From positions 1 through 35,738 of IMG/VR virus record IMGVR_UViG_3300034093_001562: 35,738 nt of DNA; one strand, written 5' to 3'. The position numbers and the translations under genes were made by a program. The DNA comes from a virus. Its lineage: Duplodnaviria > Caudoviricetes. A model generated the notes under the pieces. That model was given only the letters and a program-made list of their open reading frames with translations. It was not told where the DNA came from and searched no databases. Below are positions 33,348 to 35,738 of the stretch, one piece after another; position 1 is the stretch's first letter, and each line of letters opens with the position of its first letter.

Positions 33348-34898
33348 ATGGAATTCTTCGGATGGAAATTTGAAAAACTCAGCGATGCTGAGAAACGCAA
33401 GAGAATTGCAGAACAGCCAGCGTCTTTCGTACCAGCTACGCAAGAAGATGGTTCCACTGCGATTGCCGCCGGAGGTTATTACGGTCAGTATCTCGACCTT
33501 GATGGAGATGCAGCAAAGACGGATGTCGATCTAATCCGCAAGTATCGTATTGCAGCTGAACAGCCCGAGTGCGACCAGGCAATTGACGATATTGTAAATG
33601 AAGCAATCGTTGGAGACCATGATGATGCTCCAGCACACCTTAACTTGGACCGTCTGGAACAGCCAGCGTCAATTAAGAAACTAATTCGTGGAGAGTTTGA
33701 TCATCTCTGCAAATTACTCAATTTTAGTAATAACGGTCAGGATATATTCCGCAGATGGTACGTTGATGGACGCTTGTTCTATCATATGATCATTGATGAA
33801 ACTCAGCCCGATGCAGGTATTCAAGAACTTCGTGCAGTTGATGCACTCCGTATCCGTAAGGTCCGTGAGATTAAAGAAGAAATTGACGTTAATACTGGTG
33901 CAAAAATCATTAAGAATCTTGATGAGTATTACCTCTATCAGGATGGCGGTCTTCAGAAGTCGGATATTGGTCTCAAGATTAATAAGGATGCAATCTGTTA
34001 TGTGCCATCCGGTATTCTTGATTCAACTCGCAAGCGTGTTCTATCTCCGCTTCATAAGGCAATCAAGCCCGTGAATCAACTGCGCATGATGGAAGACTCA
34101 TTGGTCATCTATCGTCTTGCACGTGCTCCGGAACGCCGTATTTTCTACATCGACGTAGGCAATCTTCCAAAGGGTAAGGCGGAAGAATATATGCGTACCA
34201 TCATGAATCAGTACCGCAACAAGCTGGTATATGATGCATCAACTGGTGAAATCCGTGACGATCGTAAGCATATGTCGATGCTCGAAGACTTCTGGCTTCC
34301 GCGCCGTGAAGGTGGTCGTGGCACCGAAATCTCTACACTTCCGGGTGGAGAGAACCTAAGTCAGATCGACGACATTCTATTCTTTCAAAAGAAACTCTAC
34401 CGTTGCCTCAATGTACCGATCGGTCGTATGGAGCCGGAAACTCCATTCAGCCTTGGTAGAACCACAGAGATTTCACGTGATGAGGTCAAGTTCCAGAAGT
34501 TTGTCGACCGTCTTCGGAAGAAGTTTTCGATTATGTTCTTTGATCTACTTCATACACAATTGATGCTCAAGGGCATCATTACGGAAGAAGATTGGCCACA
34601 GATTCGTGAGGATATGACGGTTGACTTCCGTCAGGACAATTACTTTACCGAGTTAAAAGAAGCTGAAGTCCTTACTGGGCGTATTGAACTCCTGAATGCT
34701 GCACAGCCATTCATTGGCAAATACTTCTCGGATACATGGGTTCGTCGTAATATCCTACGTCAGACGGATGAGGACATGGAGATGATGGATGTCGAAATGA
34801 CCCAGGATGGTTCGGCCCAGGATGCGGAAGAAATGAGACTGGCTGAAATTGAGGCTACTTCAAACCCAGCCCCAGCAGGACCACCACCTCAGAACTAA
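33348..34898 (+). CDS. gp20: Portal vertex protein (T4 gp20-like)
   Basis: FRRWYVDGR, LHKAIKP.NQLRMMED.LVIYR..RAPERRIFYIDVGNLPK.KAEEY and EDFWLPRREGGRGTEISTLPGG motifs. Confidence 0.98.
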   Translation: MEFFGWKFEKLSDAEKRKRIAEQPASFVPATQEDGSTAIAAGGYYGQYLDLDGDAAKTDVDLIRKYRIAAEQPECDQAIDDIVNEAIVGDHDDAPAHLNLDRLEQPASIKKLIRGEFDHLCKLLNFSNNGQDIFRRWYVDGRLFYHMIIDETQPDAGIQELRAVDALRIRKVREIKEEIDVNTGAKIIKNLDEYYLYQDGGLQKSDIGLKINKDAICYVPSGILDSTRKRVLSPLHKAIKPVNQLRMMEDSLVIYRLARAPERRIFYIDVGNLPKGKAEEYMRTIMNQYRNKLVYDASTGEIRDDRKHMSMLEDFWLPRREGGRGTEISTLPGGENLSQIDDILFFQKKLYRCLNVPIGRMEPETPFSLGRTTEISRDEVKFQKFVDRLRKKFSIMFFDLLHTQLMLKGIITEEDWPQIREDMTVDFRQDNYFTELKEAEVLTGRIELLNAAQPFIGKYFSDTWVRRNILRQTDEDMEMMDVEMTQDGSAQDAEEMRLAEIEATSNPAPAGPPPQN

Positions 34899-34916
34899 TC
34901 TTCAGGGAGTAAAATC

Positions 34917-34924
34917 TATAAATA
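34917..34924 (+). promoter_or_regulatory. T4-type late promoter TATAAATA
   Basis: Exact consensus after the portal stop. It implies a start at ATG 34935 rather than 34926. Confidence 0.8.
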
Positions 34925-34934
34925 GATGTTATAT

Positions 34935-35108
34935 ATGAGCAATGATATTACTTCAATAATTAAAGCTTTAGCCAATGGAAAGGCTTCCGAGGCTAATACC
35001 ACGTTTACTCGTGTTATGACAGAGAAGATCAACGCTGTTTTGGATGAGCGCAAGGTATCTTTAGCTTCTGAACTGTATAATAAGAAAGCAACTCCTGAAG
35101 TAAAATAA
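34935..35108 (+). CDS. Small prohead core protein (gp67-position)
   Basis: Helical 57-aa ORF (II.AL..G...EA...F...M.EKI...LD..K..LA) immediately after portal, where T4-like phages carry a small core protein. Confidence 0.65.
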   Translation: MSNDITSIIKALANGKASEANTTFTRVMTEKINAVLDERKVSLASELYNKKATPEVK

Positions 35109-35109
35109 C

Positions 35110-35334
35110 ATGCTATCGGAAGAATTTCTAAATAGTATGAGAGCGGAGCTTGCTAAAACTACCTATGTAACAAATCCAAAGGGTAGAAGCAAAGAAGCTT
35201 CCGTTGCTCATTACAATTCTTATATTGCTCATAAAACTGCTGCAGAACAACAAACGGATTCTTCTAAAAAAGAATACCATCAGATTTTAGCAGAGCATCA
35301 TGGTAAAATGCAGTTCGAGGTAACACTACAATGA
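35110..35334 (+). CDS. Small helical His-containing protein, possible internal head protein
   Basis: Tightly packed ORF with AH......AH..AA and YH...AEHH patterns. Its stop overlaps the next ATG. Confidence 0.6.
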   Translation: MLSEEFLNSMRAELAKTTYVTNPKGRSKEASVAHYNSYIAHKTAAEQQTDSSKKEYHQILAEHHGKMQFEVTLQ

Positions 35335-35654
35335 ACATTTTCGAAACAGTCCGTAAAACTTTAAATGAGGCGCACAATTCGCTGCATTCTGCTCATCATC
35401 TTTCAAATACCGCTCATGGTCTCACACACGGAAGTATGTTGAAAGCAAAGCCCTCTCGTGAAGAACATGTCGCTGCCGCCAATGCGCATAAGGCAGCATT
35501 TAAGGCTCATACCGCGCTGCATAAAAAGGCTGATATTGAACACCATCATCATACCGTGCATTTAATGCACGCGAGTCTTCACAAAACGATGCATAATATG
35601 CATATGATACAGGCGGATCCAAAGAGCAAGGGTGATTGGGAAGCACTCGCATAA
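35331..35654 (+). CDS. Histidine-rich protein (19 His in 107 aa), possible internal head protein
   Basis: His spaced at helical intervals, leader ending TLNE-A. Confidence 0.7.
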   Translation: MNIFETVRKTLNEAHNSLHSAHHLSNTAHGLTHGSMLKAKPSREEHVAAANAHKAAFKAHTALHKKADIEHHHHTVHLMHASLHKTMHNMHMIQADPKSKGDWEALA

Positions 35655-35664
35655 GAACTTTAAT

Positions 35665-35738
35665 ATGCAAAATTTAATTAATAGTGTTCTTTCGGTTATT
35701 GCAGAGGCGAAGGATGACTACGTGGATGGTTACAATAG
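35665..35738 (+). CDS. 3'-truncated ORF (MQNLINSVLSVIAEAKDDYVDGYN...), possible internal head protein
   Basis: Translated by hand. ATG 10 nt after the previous stop, open to the window end, leader ending VIAE-A. Confidence 0.6.
   Translation, partial: MQNLINSVLSVIAEAKDDYVDGYN

Noticed and set aside
29288-34898. Introns, inteins or homing endonucleases in terminase, sheath or portal
   Set aside because: The ORFs are continuous, of ordinary length, and the gaps between them are too short.
1-35738. Stop-codon reassignment (none of the called genes ends in TAG)
   Set aside because: All conserved genes are full length under the standard code with no in-frame TAG. TAA preference is sufficient explanation.

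Overview
This window is part of the late (virion) region of a T4-like myovirus, and every credible gene is on the + strand. The right third is the canonical T4 block: neck gp13 and gp14, tail terminator gp15, terminase gp16/gp17, sheath gp18, tube gp19, portal gp20, then small head-associated ORFs. Genes are preceded by T4 late-promoter boxes (TATAAATA or AATAAATA). The left two thirds hold a methyltransferase/TPR-like gene, a GT25+GT2-like double glycosyltransferase, and a ~21 kb run of fibre/adhesin genes. Seven genes encode nearly proline-free Gly-X-Gln collagen-like proteins, one of them inserted between gp14 and gp15. They are assembled from a small shared set of modules: a 64-aa module in 9 copies, a ~50-aa DLWW..QWV module in 4 copies and an N-terminal FP.SP module in 4 copies. 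Module order differs between genes and each has a different tip (S74-chaperoned fibre tips, a beta-helix depolymerase, Ig domains, or a separately encoded glycine-rich adhesin). The strongest candidate for an undescribed system is this modular collagen fibre kit, possibly branched and glycosylated, including a putative neck-docked fibre. A cluster of His-rich small proteins with prohead-protease-like leaders follows the portal. All family assignments come from motif recognition by eye, not database searches.
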